Made by a program: the position numbers and the translations under genes. From Malacoraja senta (lineage: Eukaryota): a stretch of 64,000 nt of DNA. The stretch's first letter is position 1. Each line of letters starts with the position of its first letter. A model generated the notes under the pieces. The model saw only the letters and a list, made by a program, of their open reading frames with translations. It searched no databases and was not told the DNA's origin. The stretch is taken from the NCBI GenBank assembly GCA_038087875.1, contig CM075996.1, positions 7,504,001 through 7,568,000 on the forward strand. Reading direction: 5' to 3'. This document shows positions 24,201-36,889 of this stretch, one piece after another.

Positions 24201-27200
24201 CTGACGGAGAGTGAGTTTGTTTTCTCAGACAGTCTGTGTCTCACATTTGGCCCACATCAGAAACAGTGGATTTGCAGCCAAATAAACATAGAAGGAACAT
24301 CCTCCACCTTTTGGTTTATTTTAGATTAAAAATAGTACAACAAATGATGTGGCAACCACTCCAGTAATAATCCAAGTTGTTGCTGCAACTAAGAAACAAA
24401 ATGGTTTCCGAGTCCGTGTCTACATTGGGTGCAGCGGGTAAAGCTGCTGCCTCACAGCTTCGGGAGACCCGGGTTCGATCCTGACCTCGGGTGCTGTCGA
24501 TTTGGAGTTACTTTGCACGTTCTCTCCGTGACCGCGTAGTTTTCCTCCTGGAGCTCCTGTTTCCTCCCACATCCCAAAGACGCGTGTTTGTAGGTTGATT
24601 GGCGTCTGCAAAATTGCCCCTAGTGTGTAGGGAGCGGATGTGGAAGTGGGATACCAGCATGAATGGGTGATCGATGGACTCGGTGGGCTGATGGGCCTGT
24701 TCCCCTGCAGTTTAGTTTAGTTTATTGTCACATGTGAAAAGCTTTTGTTGCATGCTAAGAAGACGGCGGAAAGACAATACATGATTACAATCGAGTAATT
24801 TGCAGTGTACAGATACATGATAAGGATATCTATATACATGATACATGCTGGATGTCTGCATTAAACTAAACTAATCTTAACTACAGATTAAACGCCCTGG
24901 AGCGGAAAAGACTACAAAAAGTAGTAAACACTGCCCAGTCCATCATCGACTCTGACCTCCCTTCCATCGAGGGGATCTATCGCAGTCGCTGCCTCAAAAG
25001 GGCTGACAGCATCATCAAGGACCCACACCATCCTGGCCACACACTCATCTCCCTGCTACCTTCAGGTGGAAGGTACAGGAGCCTGAAGATTGCAACGACC
25101 AGGTTCAGGAATAGCTACTTCCCCACAGACATCAGGCTATTAAACTCGGCTCGGACAAAACTCTGAACATTAATAGCCCATTATCTGTTTATTTGCACCT
25201 TATCAGTTTATTTATTCATGTGTGTATATATTGATACAATGGTATATGGACACACTGATCTGTTGTGTATTCGTGCCTACTATGTTCTGGTGTGCTAAAG
25301 CAAAGCAAGAATTTCATTGTCCTATCAGGGACATATGACAATAAACTCTCTTGAACTTGAACTCTTGAACACAGATTAACCCAGATTTACCGAATCTTAA
25401 TCTTAACCACACTTCATACATTGTCACCTCCAAACTGTGACTTGCCTTCCTTTATATGAAAGACATACATTTCTGTAGCACCACTTGTGCCCTGTTCAGG
25501 AACAGTTAACACACATGTTGTACTTCAGAAGGAAAAACAGTAATTGCTGGAAATGCTCTGCAGAATTGCCAGCGTTTGTGGATGAGAGAGAAGCCTCCAT
25601 TTTGATTCTTGTTTGTCTCTCTAGAGACGCTATTGGACCTGTTAAATGTCTCCAACATTTCCTGTGCTTTGCTTTGGATTTTCCAGACGCCCACCATTTT
25701 GCTGCCAGGGATTCAAGCAACAGCTGAACACACTGATGTGCTAATGGCCGATCATCCATTTTAGCAGTGCGGAGAGAGGGATTATTAATAGGCAGAGAAC
25801 ACGGCGCAGGACCCTGGATCCAGCCTAATGTGTGCAGTTTTAGTCGCCCCATTACAGGAAGGATAGGGCGGCACGGTGGCGCAGCGGTAGAGTTGCGGCC
25901 TTACAGCGCCAGAGACCTGGGTTCGATCCTGACCATGGGTGCTGTCTGCACGGAGTTTGCATGTTTCCCCACGTGACCTGCGTGGGTTTTTTCTGGGAGC
26001 GCCGGTTTCCTCCCACACTCCAAAGACATGCAGGTTTGTAGGTTAATTGCCTTTGATAAAATTGTAAATAGTCTCCAGTATGTAGGATAGTGTTAAGCCC
26101 CTGTCCTACCATGCAAGTTTACCCAAGAGCTCTCCCGAGTTTAAAAAAAAATCAAACTCGTGGTACTTCATCACCAGTATTTTTTTACTCTTGGACATTT
26201 TTCACACTGTTGAAAAAACTTCACGAGTTACCGCGTTACCCGAGTACCTGCCGTTAGCATTACGAGCCGCTACGGGACATCCACGAGCTCTGACGTACCC
26301 GCTACATACATTCTACGTACTTACCACGAGTTTGATTTTTTTTTAAACTCGGGAGAGCTCTTGGGTAAACTCGCATCGTGGGACAGGGGCTTTAGTGTAC
26401 GGGGATTGCTGGACGGCGCGGACTCGGTGGGCCGAAGGGCCTGTTTCTGTGCTGTACCTCAAAACTAAACTAAGCGTTGGAGAGGGTGCAGAAGGGGTGT
26501 ACCAGAACCTGACTTAGAAAGTATTAGCTATAAAGAGAGGTTGTAAAAAACTGGATAAACAAAGAACTGCAGATGCTGGTTTACAAAAGTAGACACAAAC
26601 TGCTGAAGTAGATGAGTGGATCAGGCAGCATCTCAGGAGAACAAGGGAAGTTGACGTTTTGGGTTAGGACCCTTCTTAAGACTGATTGTAGGAGGGGGGA
26701 AAGTAAGCTGGAAGAGAGGAGAACAAGGACAAAGGTAATAGGCTGAACAGGAGAAGAGGGTGATATTATACGCAGATGGTTGGACAAAGGCCAGAGATAA
26801 AAAGACAGACCATGTCTAAAAACTTGCTTTCTCTGGAGCATTGGAGGCTGATGGGAGACCTGATAGAAGTATATAAAATTATCAGAGCTCCCGTTGGATT
26901 GCAACCTTGTCGTGGTCGGGGAGCTTGTGTGTCTCAGTGACCCCTAGAGCTGTGCCAGCGGGAGATACGTCTCCTGTTAGGGTCTCCCATGCTGGACAGG
27001 TCGAAGGGGAGAGGCGAGACGAAGAGCGATCCACTGGTCCTCCAGGTTGGAGGTTGAGCACAGGGCTAACAACCCTGTCTCATAAAACAAATATGTTACG
27101 GAAGCAGCAACTGAAGGAATCAACACTACTGGGCGTGATGGACTTCCAGGGCTATCGACAGATGCGAGGATGAATGTCAACCAGACAGCATCCCAAGAAT

Positions 27201-29922
27201 AGCCCTGCACATCCCAAGAATAGCACTGCACTGAAGGGAAAAGGAAAAGAGGGAGACCCAAAACCACCTGGCGTCGAACTGTAGAGGAGGAAATAAAAAC
27301 AATGGACCTGACCTGGGGTAGTGTCCAGAAGCTAGCCCAGAACAGACAGGAGTGGAGGACCTTCCTTGCTGCCCTACATGCCAGGAGGCATAATAGGCAG
27401 GCAGGCAGGCAGGCAGTAAGTAAGTAAGTAAGTGAGTGTGTGAGTGTGTGAGTGAGTGAGTGAGTGAGTGAGTGAGTGAGTGGGTGGGTGAGTGAGTGAG
27501 TGAGTAAGTAAGTAAGTAAGTAAAAAAAAATTATCAGCGGCATGGATAAGGTAGACAGCCAGAACCTTTTTCCCCAGGGTGGAGATGTCAAAGGATTGAG
27601 GGCAGAGCATTAAGGTGAGTGGGGGGGAATTTAAAAGAGATGAGTGGGGCAAGTTTTTTTACAGAGGGTGGTAGGTGCCTGGAACACGCTGCTAGGGGTG
27701 GTGGTGGAAAGAGATACAACAGTGGCGTTGAAGGGCACATTGATGGGCACATAGATATGCAGGGAGTGGAGGGGTATGACTCATGTGCAAATTAGTTTAA
27801 CTTGGCATCAGGCCCGGCACAAATATTGTGGGATAAAGGGCCTGTTCCTGCCCTGTAGTGCTCTGCGTTCTATGTTGAGCACAAAATGAAAATCAAATAA
27901 ACTGCAGACGCAGGCAATGTGAAAATTGAACTGAGACATTAACTTTGTACGAATGCTGCTTGACCCGCTGAGTGCTTCTAGCATTTACTGTTATATTTTA
28001 CTCAATCACAAAGGCCAATGCTATTCTGGGTATAAAACTTGCCCTGTAGGTTTATTGTCGCATACTCACTGCACAGTGAAGTTCTTCTGGCATAGTTCAT
28101 ACATGCACAAGTCACCATATTTTGCAAAAGATGAAGTCCAAAGTCTGGTCGGTCCACGTGCTGGATGTAGCAATGTTACAAAATTGTTGAGATTTTAAAA
28201 ATCAAGTCTGCAATTTATCCCATCAGATAAAGCATAAAAAGAAGTTTAATTTGACACCTAATTCACTTTCATATCTTCAGTAATAAAAAAGTTATGGCCA
28301 TTTCCATACTCGGAAATTAGTATCTTGTTCCCTATTGCTTTTCCATTGACAACTCAAAAGCTGTGATCAAGGACAGTCAAAAGCCCATAACTTTCTTAAA
28401 AATTAAGAGAACTGAATGAAATGTTCAGTTATTATAGATTGAAGCATTCTGAAACAAATATGAAACAATCTTACTTGGATGACCTGAAATTAAAGCATAT
28501 AATTAGTTAGTTACCCAATTGTAGCTAATTACAAAATTCAATTACTAGATCTAAACATCTATCAATTTCTTAAGAAAAGATTAACATTTTTAAATAGCCT
28601 AAGTGTCCAAATAACATTCACACAAGAATTCACAATATAACATGATTTTTAAATCTCATTGTCATGAATTTATAGGCCAAATGGAAGGAATTTAGTGTTC
28701 AATTCCCGTAAATTAATGGCCATTTAAATCATCTTGCGAGTGGGATTTTGTGGAACGCGATCGTTTGGAATGTTGCATTTGCGGTGAATTTAAACCCCAT
28801 ATCGTCAGGAAAAACACTGCCGGTTCGTATATTTACATAATCACCTTTTCGCAAGTAAAATTTTGATTAAAGGCATCCTAAGAAGCAAGTTTATATGTAA
28901 AATAAGTGGCTTTTTTTTACCTGTCCCGTGCGTGAAATCCGTCCCCGTTGTCGGCGTTGACAGCTTTAGAAGATGCTTTTTAATTTACTCCTGCTATTAA
29001 ATTATCCAGTCCAGTTTAAAATAAATTTAATAAAACCGATGTCGAAGCGCTTTTTCTTCAGCATCTAAACAGCCTGTTCAAAATCGATTTGAAGAGGCTG
29101 GAGAAATACCGCATTTTAAACCCGCCCCCCCTCTCAAAGGTGCCAAAGTCGCGCACACGGGCAGTGACAGAACTGCAGCGCCGCTGAGCTGAGATTCCCC
29201 CACGATGCAGGAGTTTGATAGCCCCGACACAGAGGGCCCGAACGCCACCGGCTACAGGAGTCAAGATCGCCCCGTCAACAGAAGGCTCGAGGCCCCTGAC
29301 CGCAGGAGAACAAAGAAGGGAAGAGACTGAACTTTTTTTGCCTTCCATCACAGTGAGGAATGTGGAGGAGTCACTGTGGAGGATGTTTATGTTAAAATGT
29401 ATTGTGTCTGTTTTGTTGCTTTTTATTGGTATGACTGACTTGGCAAATGAAATTCCTCGTAAAAACACTTGGCTAATAAAGTTTAAGTGTATTGTATTAA
29501 TGTTCAAAGTCCTCTTCATGTGTCATAATAATTCTGTGCTTTAAAGAAGGTTGAAACTGAGCATAGACACAAAATGCTGGAGTAACTCAGCGGGACAGGC
29601 AGCATCTCTGGAGAGAAGGGATGGGTGACGTTTCGGGTCGAGACCCTTCTTCAGATTGGTATATGTAAACTTTGTATATGGATACCGAGCATATGTAGAT
29701 GTCACTCACTGCCGTCTACTTTAGTCAGATTCTCTTCCCTGTTGTCAAAGGACAAATGGTAATCAAACTAATCATAAAACAATACAATAAGGTCAAAAGG
29801 GTAACAGGACATTTGCTTATCTGTAATGGTGTGGAATTGGGCCGTGTGTACTCTGCTTGGTGTTTCAGAGGTGCACGGAGTATATTTGTTACAAGACCAT
29901 TTGGAAGGAGGAAAATTTCTAA
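21244..29922 (+). CDS. Candidate unannotated 4-exon microprotein gene (21244-21254, 22063-22141, 24114-24143, 29869-29922), 57 aa
   Basis: Four unique islands with GT-AG sites and compatible phases; Kozak gccATG with an upstream in-frame TGA; AATAAA at 29935 and 30041. No homology recognised; see findings. Confidence 0.4.
21395..21855. mobile_element. Non-autonomous GC-rich DNA element, about 450 bp; second copy at 59304-59747
   Basis: The two copies are similar end to end; imperfect TIR caggcacggaaatc/gatttccgccct; no clear TSD. Confidence 0.65.
26886..27526 (+). mobile_element. Bipartite non-autonomous RTE-derived element (5' UTR + 3' end + microsatellite tail) inserted in a CR1 copy
   Basis: TSD aaaattatcag (26875-26885 and 27527-27537); the 3' part encodes RTE-like GKRKRGRPKTTWRRTVEEE; (gcag)(gtaa)(gtga)n tail. 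Confidence 0.8.
28180..29180. mobile_element. AT-rich probable DNA-transposon-derived segment, unclassified
   Basis: Abrupt compositional shift to A/T-rich, then a CpG-rich end; no ORF; termini not resolved. Confidence 0.35.
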
Positions 29923-30099
29923 AGTGCTTGCTACAATAAACTACACATCAAAGGAAAATCCTGTATATGAGTAGATTCATCTTTGTTCGTGGAGCAAATC
30001 TCCAAGTTGCTCCCAGTGGTCACTGTATTTGGTGTTCTTAAATAAAGCCTTGATTGTCTTATCCAATCTTTGTGTTGTGTTTTAAAGTTTTTCTTTAAC

Positions 30100-30484
30100 A
30101 CCAGGTAACCCCAGGTAGGCCCAGGTAAGTTCCAGGTAGCCCCAGACAAGCCCAGGTAACCCCAGGTAAACACAGGTATGTTCCAGGTAAACCAGGTAAG
30201 TTCCAGGTAGCCCCAGGCAAGCCCAGGTAACCCCAGGTAAACCCAGGTATGTTCCAGGTAAACCAGGTAAGTTCCAGGTAGCCCCAGGCAAGCCCAAGTA
30301 AACCCAGGTATGTTCCAGGTAACCCAAGGCAAGCCCAGGTAACCCCAGGTAAACCCAGGTATGTTCCAGGTAACCCTAGGTAAGTTCCAGGTAGCCCCAG
30401 GCAAGCCCAGGTAAACCCAGGTATGTTCCAGGTAACCCAAGGCATGCCCAGGTAAACCCCAGGTATGTTGCAGGTAAGTTCCAG
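30100..30484. repeat. 10-11 bp CCAGGTA-core minisatellite
   Basis: Tandem ccaggta(a/g/t)… units; source of the LGLPG ORFs. Confidence 0.92.
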
Positions 30485-33400
30485 GGCGCTGCAGGACATT
30501 CTCCGTTTCCCTCTGCCACCACGTCGCATGAACTGTTGTCCCTCTTCTCACCTGTTTTGTTTTGCAACGTTTTTTGTACATTGTCCAAGGTCTACGTGCC
30601 TACGATGCTGCTGCAAAGCAGGATCTTCACATCTACCTGTACCTCATATAACAATCAACTCGACTTGTCTAAACTTGACTTTATTTACTTCTTTGGTACA
30701 AGCTGCCGATGGGATATTTATGGGATTCTGCTGGTTTGCGGGACAAGAGCGGCCCCGAACGACTATCTACCACGTTGGAGATCCTCGGACTATCTATAAT
30801 CAGACTTTGTGTGTAGGAAGGAATGCAGGTGCTGGTTTAAACCGAAGATAGACACAAAACGCTGGAGTAACTCAGTGTGACAGGCAGCATACCTGGAGAG
30901 AAGGAATGGGTGATGACGTTTCGGGTCGAGACCCTTCTTCAGTCTGAACAAAGGTCTCGACCCGAAATGTCACCCATTCCTTCTCTCCAGAGATGCTGCC
31001 TGTCCCGCTGAGATACTCCAGCATTTTATGTCTTACCTTCGATTTTTCCAGCATCTGCAGTTCTTTCTTGACTATGGTCTATTCTACATTTTCCGTGATC
31101 TGCATCTCTTTTGATCCCTTACACTTCCTTATCTCTGTAACTCCCTCTCCCCTGATGCTCAGTCTGAAGAAGGGTCTCGACTCGAAACGTCGCCCATTCC
31201 TTCTACCCAGAGATGCTGCCTGTCCCGCTGAGTTACTCCAGCATTTTGTGTCTTAACATTGATTTAAAATTTGGGGCAGAGCATATAAGAGGGATTAAGA
31301 ATCGCTATTTTATGCACGGTAGCTAGGATATAAAATACACTGCTTGTACAAACAGAATTAATCAGTAGAATCCAGAGGAAGGTAGACTCGCACTTGAGAG
31401 AGAATACTTTGCAAGGCTCTGGGGAAAGAGCAAGGGATTGGGACTGAGGAAATTGTCCGACTGGGAGATTGTAAGTAGGCCTGGATAGAGTGGATGTGGA
31501 GAGGATGATTCCACTAGTGGGAGGGCCTAGGGCCAGAGGCCATAGCCTCAGAATAAAAGGACGTTCCTTTAAAAAGGAGATGAGGAGGAATTTCTTCCAT
31601 CAGAGGGTGGTGAATCTGTGGAATTCATTGCCACAGAAGGTTGTGGAGGCCAAGTCAGTGGATGTTTTTAAGGCAGAGATTGACAGATTCTTGATTAGTA
31701 CGGGTGTCAGGGGTTATGGGGAGAAGGCAGAAGAATGGGGTTGAGAGGGAGAGATAGATCAGCCGTAATTGAATGGTGGAGTAGACTTGATGGGCTGTGT
31801 GACCTAATTCCACTCCGAGAACTTATGAGATGTAATGCTGAGGCTCTAGAAAGCCCCGGGTAGGCCGCATTTGGAGTAGTGAGCAAATTTGGGGCCTATA
31901 TCTGAGGAAGGATGTACTGGCTCTGGAGAGGGTCCAGAGGAGGTTTACATGAATGATTCCAGGAATGAGTGGGTTGGGTACAACATTTAGTGCAAGATAA
32001 AGTCCGATTAAAGGCAGTTCAAAGGTCTCCCATGAGGTAGATGGGAAGTCAGGACCACACACTCCAGCTGATGAGAGGACGGTTCAGTTGCCTGCTAATG
32101 GCTGGGAAGAAACTGTCCCTGAATCTGGAGGTGTGCGTTTTCAAGCTGAGTGGGTTAGCATATGATGAGCATATGATGAGCGTTTGACTGGGCTTGTACT
32201 CGCTGGAGTTTAGAAGGTTGAGGGGGGGGGGACCTCATTGAAACATACAGAATAGTTAAAGGCACGGATAGAGTGGATGTGGAGAGGATGTTTCCACTGG
32301 TGGGAGAGTCTAGGACCAGAGGTCATAGCCTCAGAATTAAAGGCGCTCTTTTAGAAAGGAGGCGAGGAGGAACTTCTTTAGCCAGAGGGTAGTTTATCTG
32401 TGGAACTCATTGCCACAGAGGGCTGTGGAGGCCAAGTCAGTGGATGTTTTTAAAGCAGAGTTAGACAAATTCTTGATTAGAACGGGTGTCAAGGGTTATG
32501 GGGAGAAGGCAGGAAATGGGATTAGGAGGCAGAGATCAGCCATGATTAAATGGTGGAGTAGACTCGATGGGCCGAATGGCCTAATTCTACTCCTAAAACT
32601 TGTGAACTCGAGAAAGTGTCAATGGGCTGAAAGATCTATTGCTGTGGATTCAGAATTCCAGCTCTGTGGATGGAGATGATCCGTGAGAGTGTCTAACAAC
32701 ATTGACCTTCTACTGGGTTAGGACAGACGAGAATGCAGAGACTCCAGAAGAAGAATAAAAAATTAAAGAAACAGTAGGGGCAGAGAGAGCAGTGGGCAGA
32801 GTTTCTCTCCCACTGCTGCCCCACAACTCCAGGGGAGTTAAAGTATTTCCCCCTTCCCACACTGACATTTCTGTCCAAGGCCTCCTCCATTTTTCACAGT
32901 GTGACCAAACACAAATTGGAGGAACAGCATCTCATATTTCACTTGGGCAGCTTACAACCAGCTTATGAATATTGATTTCTCTAACTTCAAGTAACCCCGG
33001 CATTCCGTCTCTCTCTGTCCCTACCCCACCCAAGTCTCGTTCTCACCTACACACAACTAACAATGGCCTGTTTCCTTTATCATCGTTACTCTTTTGCATA
33101 TCTTTCATTCATTTGTCCTGCATCTGGAGTATTGCGTACAGTTTTGGTCTCCTAATTTGAGGAAGGACATCCTTGTGATTGAGGCAGTGCAGCGTAGGTT
33201 CACGAGATTGATCCCTGGGATGGCGGGACTGTCATATGAGGAAAGATTGAAAAGGCTAGGGTTGTATTCACTGGTGTTTAGAAGGATGAGGGGCAGGATC
33301 TTATAGAAACATATAAAATTATAAAAGGACTGGACAAGCTAGATGCAGGAAACATGTTCCCAATGTTGGGCGAGTCCAGAACCAGGGGCCACAGTCTTAG

Positions 33401-36400
33401 AATAAAGGGGAGGCCATTTAAGACTGAGGTGAGAAAAAACGTTTTCACCCAGAGAGTTGTGAATTTGTGGAATTCCCTGCCACAGAGGGCAGTGGAGGCC
33501 AAATCACTGGATGGATTTAAGAGAGAGTTGGATAGAGCTCTAGGGGCTAGTGGAATCAAGGGACATGGTGAGAGGGCAGGCACGGGTTATTGATTGGGGA
33601 CGATCAGCCATGATCACAATGAATGGCAGTGCTGCCTCGAAGGGCCGAATGGCCACCTCCTGCACCTATTTTCAATGTTTCTATCTCTCTATTTCACTGT
33701 CTTTATCAGTCATTTCCCTTGCCCCTGACTAGTCTGAGGAAGGGTCTCGACCCGAAAAGTCATTCATTCCGTCTGTCCAGAGATGCTGCCTGTCCCGCTG
33801 AGTTACTCCAGTGACAATCCTAAAATACATCAGGCACAATCATACTACGTGTAAGAGTGCAGAAGCATAGAGTCTGTACACAAGAGTCGCCACATTTTAG
33901 GCATCATCCTGTCATGGCCTGTTCATCACTTCCCGTGATGTTGTGAAGCAACTGGATTTTTAAAATAAATTGTAAATTAATAAGTAGACCAAGAGCTACG
34001 GAGCCAGTTCCCACCACGAGCAGTATCTGAGCTACCAGACCTCCAATCCCCTTGAGTTCCAACAATGACCATTGCTCAGGGGCCAAAATGTGTTGGAAGG
34101 AACTGCAGATGCTGGCTTATTCTGAAGAAAGACACAAAATGCTGGAGTAACTCAGCGGGACAGGCAGCATCTCTGGAGAGAAGGAACAGGTGACGTTTCG
34201 GGTCAGCATGGCCAGGAAACTGGCACTGGGTCGCCACCTTGTGGCGGACATGGCAAAAGCAACAGTTCCTCTCCCCCAACTCGAGTGTTCCTGCTATGGG
34301 TGAACTGAAGACAAAAGGCGGAAGATTGGACCAGAGTCTTTCGCCGTTACTACATTGAAGACCTTGTGCAGGCCATGGAAGGGCATCACGGTGGCGCAGT
34401 GGTAGAGTTGCTGCCTTACCGCGCCAGAGTCCCGGGCCCGATCCTGACTACGGCTGCTGTCTGTACGGAGTTTGTACGTTCTCCCCGTGACCACGTGGGT
34501 TTTCCCCAGGTGCTCCGGTTTCCTCCCACACTCCAAAGACGTGCAGGTTTGTGGGCTAATTGGCTTCTGTAAATTGTCCCTGTTGTGTGAGATAGAACTA
34601 ATGTACGGGTTATTGCTGATCAGCCTGTACTTGATGGGCCGAAGGGCCTGTTTCTCTAAACCTGTATCTCTATGCTAAACTAAACCTTCAAAGACAGCAC
34701 TGTGTATTTCCCTCATGGAGTTAAGGTGATGACGACATCTTCTGAGGAAGGGCTGCCGCCATAAACGTCACCTATCCATGTTGTCCTGGGTTGCTGCCTG
34801 ACCCGCTGAGTTACTCCAGCACGTTGTGTCCATGTTCTCCAGAGATGCTGCCTGACCCGCTGAGTTACTCCAGCATGTTGTGTCCTCTTGCACAGCAGAA
34901 CAGCTTTCAAAACATCAACAATTCGCAAGGCCCTTCCCAGGAGCGTTTGGTCGAATCTTATGAGGGGAATATTAGGGCAAACCACTAAAGCTTGGTCAAA
35001 GAAGCAGGCTGATGGACTGGGTCTCATAGACTCAGAACAAAGCAATTGTCGACTGGAGATTGAGATGAGTTGAAATGTATTTTCTCAGAGGACTGTGTGC
35101 CATTGGATTTCTCCTGCAGTCTGAAGAAGGATCCCAACCCGAGACGTCACATAGATACATAGATACATAGAAAATAGGTGCAGGAGTAGGCCATTCGGCC
35201 CTTCGAGCCTGCACTGCCATTCAATATGATCATGGCTGATCATCCAACTCAGTATCCCGTACCTGCCTTCTCTCCATACCCCCTGATCCCCTTAGCCACA
35301 AGGGCCACATCTAACTCCCTCTTAAATATAGCCAATGAACTGGCCTCAACTACCCTCTGTGGCAGAGAGTTCCAGAGATTCACCACTCTCTGTGTGAAAA
35401 AGTTTTTCCTCATCTCGGTCTTAAAGGTTTTCCCCCTTATCCTTAAGCTGTGACCCCTTGTCCTGGACTTCCCCAACATCGGGAACAATCTTCCTGCATC
35501 TAGACTGTCCAACCCCATAAGAATTTTGTAAGTTTCTATAAGATCCCCTCTCAATCTCCTAAATTCTAGCGAGTATAAGCCAAGTCTATCCAGTCTTTCT
35601 TCATATGAAAGTCCTGACATCCCAGGAATCAGTCTGGTGAACCTTCTCTGCACTCCCTCTATGGCTATAATGTCCTTCCTCAGAAGATGAATAGGTGACT
35701 CTTCGGGTCAGGACCCTTCCATGTTCTCCAGAGATGCTGCCTGACCCGCTGAGTAACTCCAGCGCTTTGTGTCTATCTGAAGGGCCTGTCCCACTGTACG
35801 AGGTAATTCAAGAGCTCTCCCGAGTTTTAAAAAAAATCAAACTCGTGGTAAGGAAGTAGAATGTACGTAGCGGGTACGTCGGAGCTTGGGACGTCTCTTA
35901 GCGGCTCGTAACGCTAACGGCAGGTACTCGGGAAACGCGGTAAGCTCGTGAAGATTTTTCAACATGTTGAAAAATGTCCACGAGAGCCCCGAGTACCTAC
36001 GAGCGGACATTACCCTAATTCTCAGAGTTCGAATCAGGGGAAACTTGGGAGAACTCTTGAATTAGCTCGTACAGTGGGACAGGCCCTTAAGGATGATTCC
36101 TGGAATGGTTGCATCACATCTTGATTCGGAACTGCTCTGTTGAGAAGCACGAGAAACTGCGGAGAACTGTGGACGCGGGCCCAGACCATCACGCAAACCA
36201 AACTCCCTTCCATTGATTCCATCTACACTTCACGCTGCCTCGGCAAGGCCAGCAGCACAATCAAGGACCAGTCTCACCCTGGTCACTCCCTCTTCTCCCC
36301 TCTCCCATCGGGCAAGAGGTACAGAAGTGTGAAAACGCACACCTCCACATTCAGGGAAAGTTTCTTCCCAGCTGTTATCAGGCAACTGAACCATCCTACC

Positions 36401-36889
36401 ACAACCAGAGAGCGGTGCTGAACTACCATCTACCTCATAGGAGACCCTCGGACTATCTTTTATTGGACTTTACTGGACTTTATGTTGCACTAAACGTTAT
36501 TCCCTTTATCCTGCATCTGTACACTGGAGACGGCTTGATTGTAATCATATATAGCTTGAAGAGAGTACATGTGGCAAGGATGTTTCCACTAGTGGGAGAG
36601 TCTAGGACTTGTGGTCACAGCCTGAGAATTAAAGGACATTCTTTTAGGAAGTAGATGAGGAGGAATTTATTTAGTCAGAGGGTGGGGAATCTGAGGAATT
36701 CTTTGCCACAGAAGGTTGTGGAGGACAAGTCAGTGGATATTTTTAAGGCAGAGATAGATAGATTCTTGATTAGTGCGGGCGTCAGAGGTTATGGGGAGAA
36801 GGCAGGAGAATGGGTTTCTGCCTTCTCCCCATAACCTCTGACCAACCTCCCCCTCATCATCAACTCCATCAGCGCACTCATTCGTTTTC

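Noticed and set aside
29822..29866. CNGVELGRVYSAWCF resembles MCH (CMLGRVYRPCW), tempting because PMCH neighbours IGF1
   Set aside because: Cys spacing, RPCW and a preceding dibasic site are missing, and the segment overlaps a splice-acceptor tract; likely chance.
29931..30588. LGLPG-repeat, collagen-like ORFs
   Set aside because: Translations of a 10-11 bp minisatellite, open in several frames with no Gly-X-Y register.
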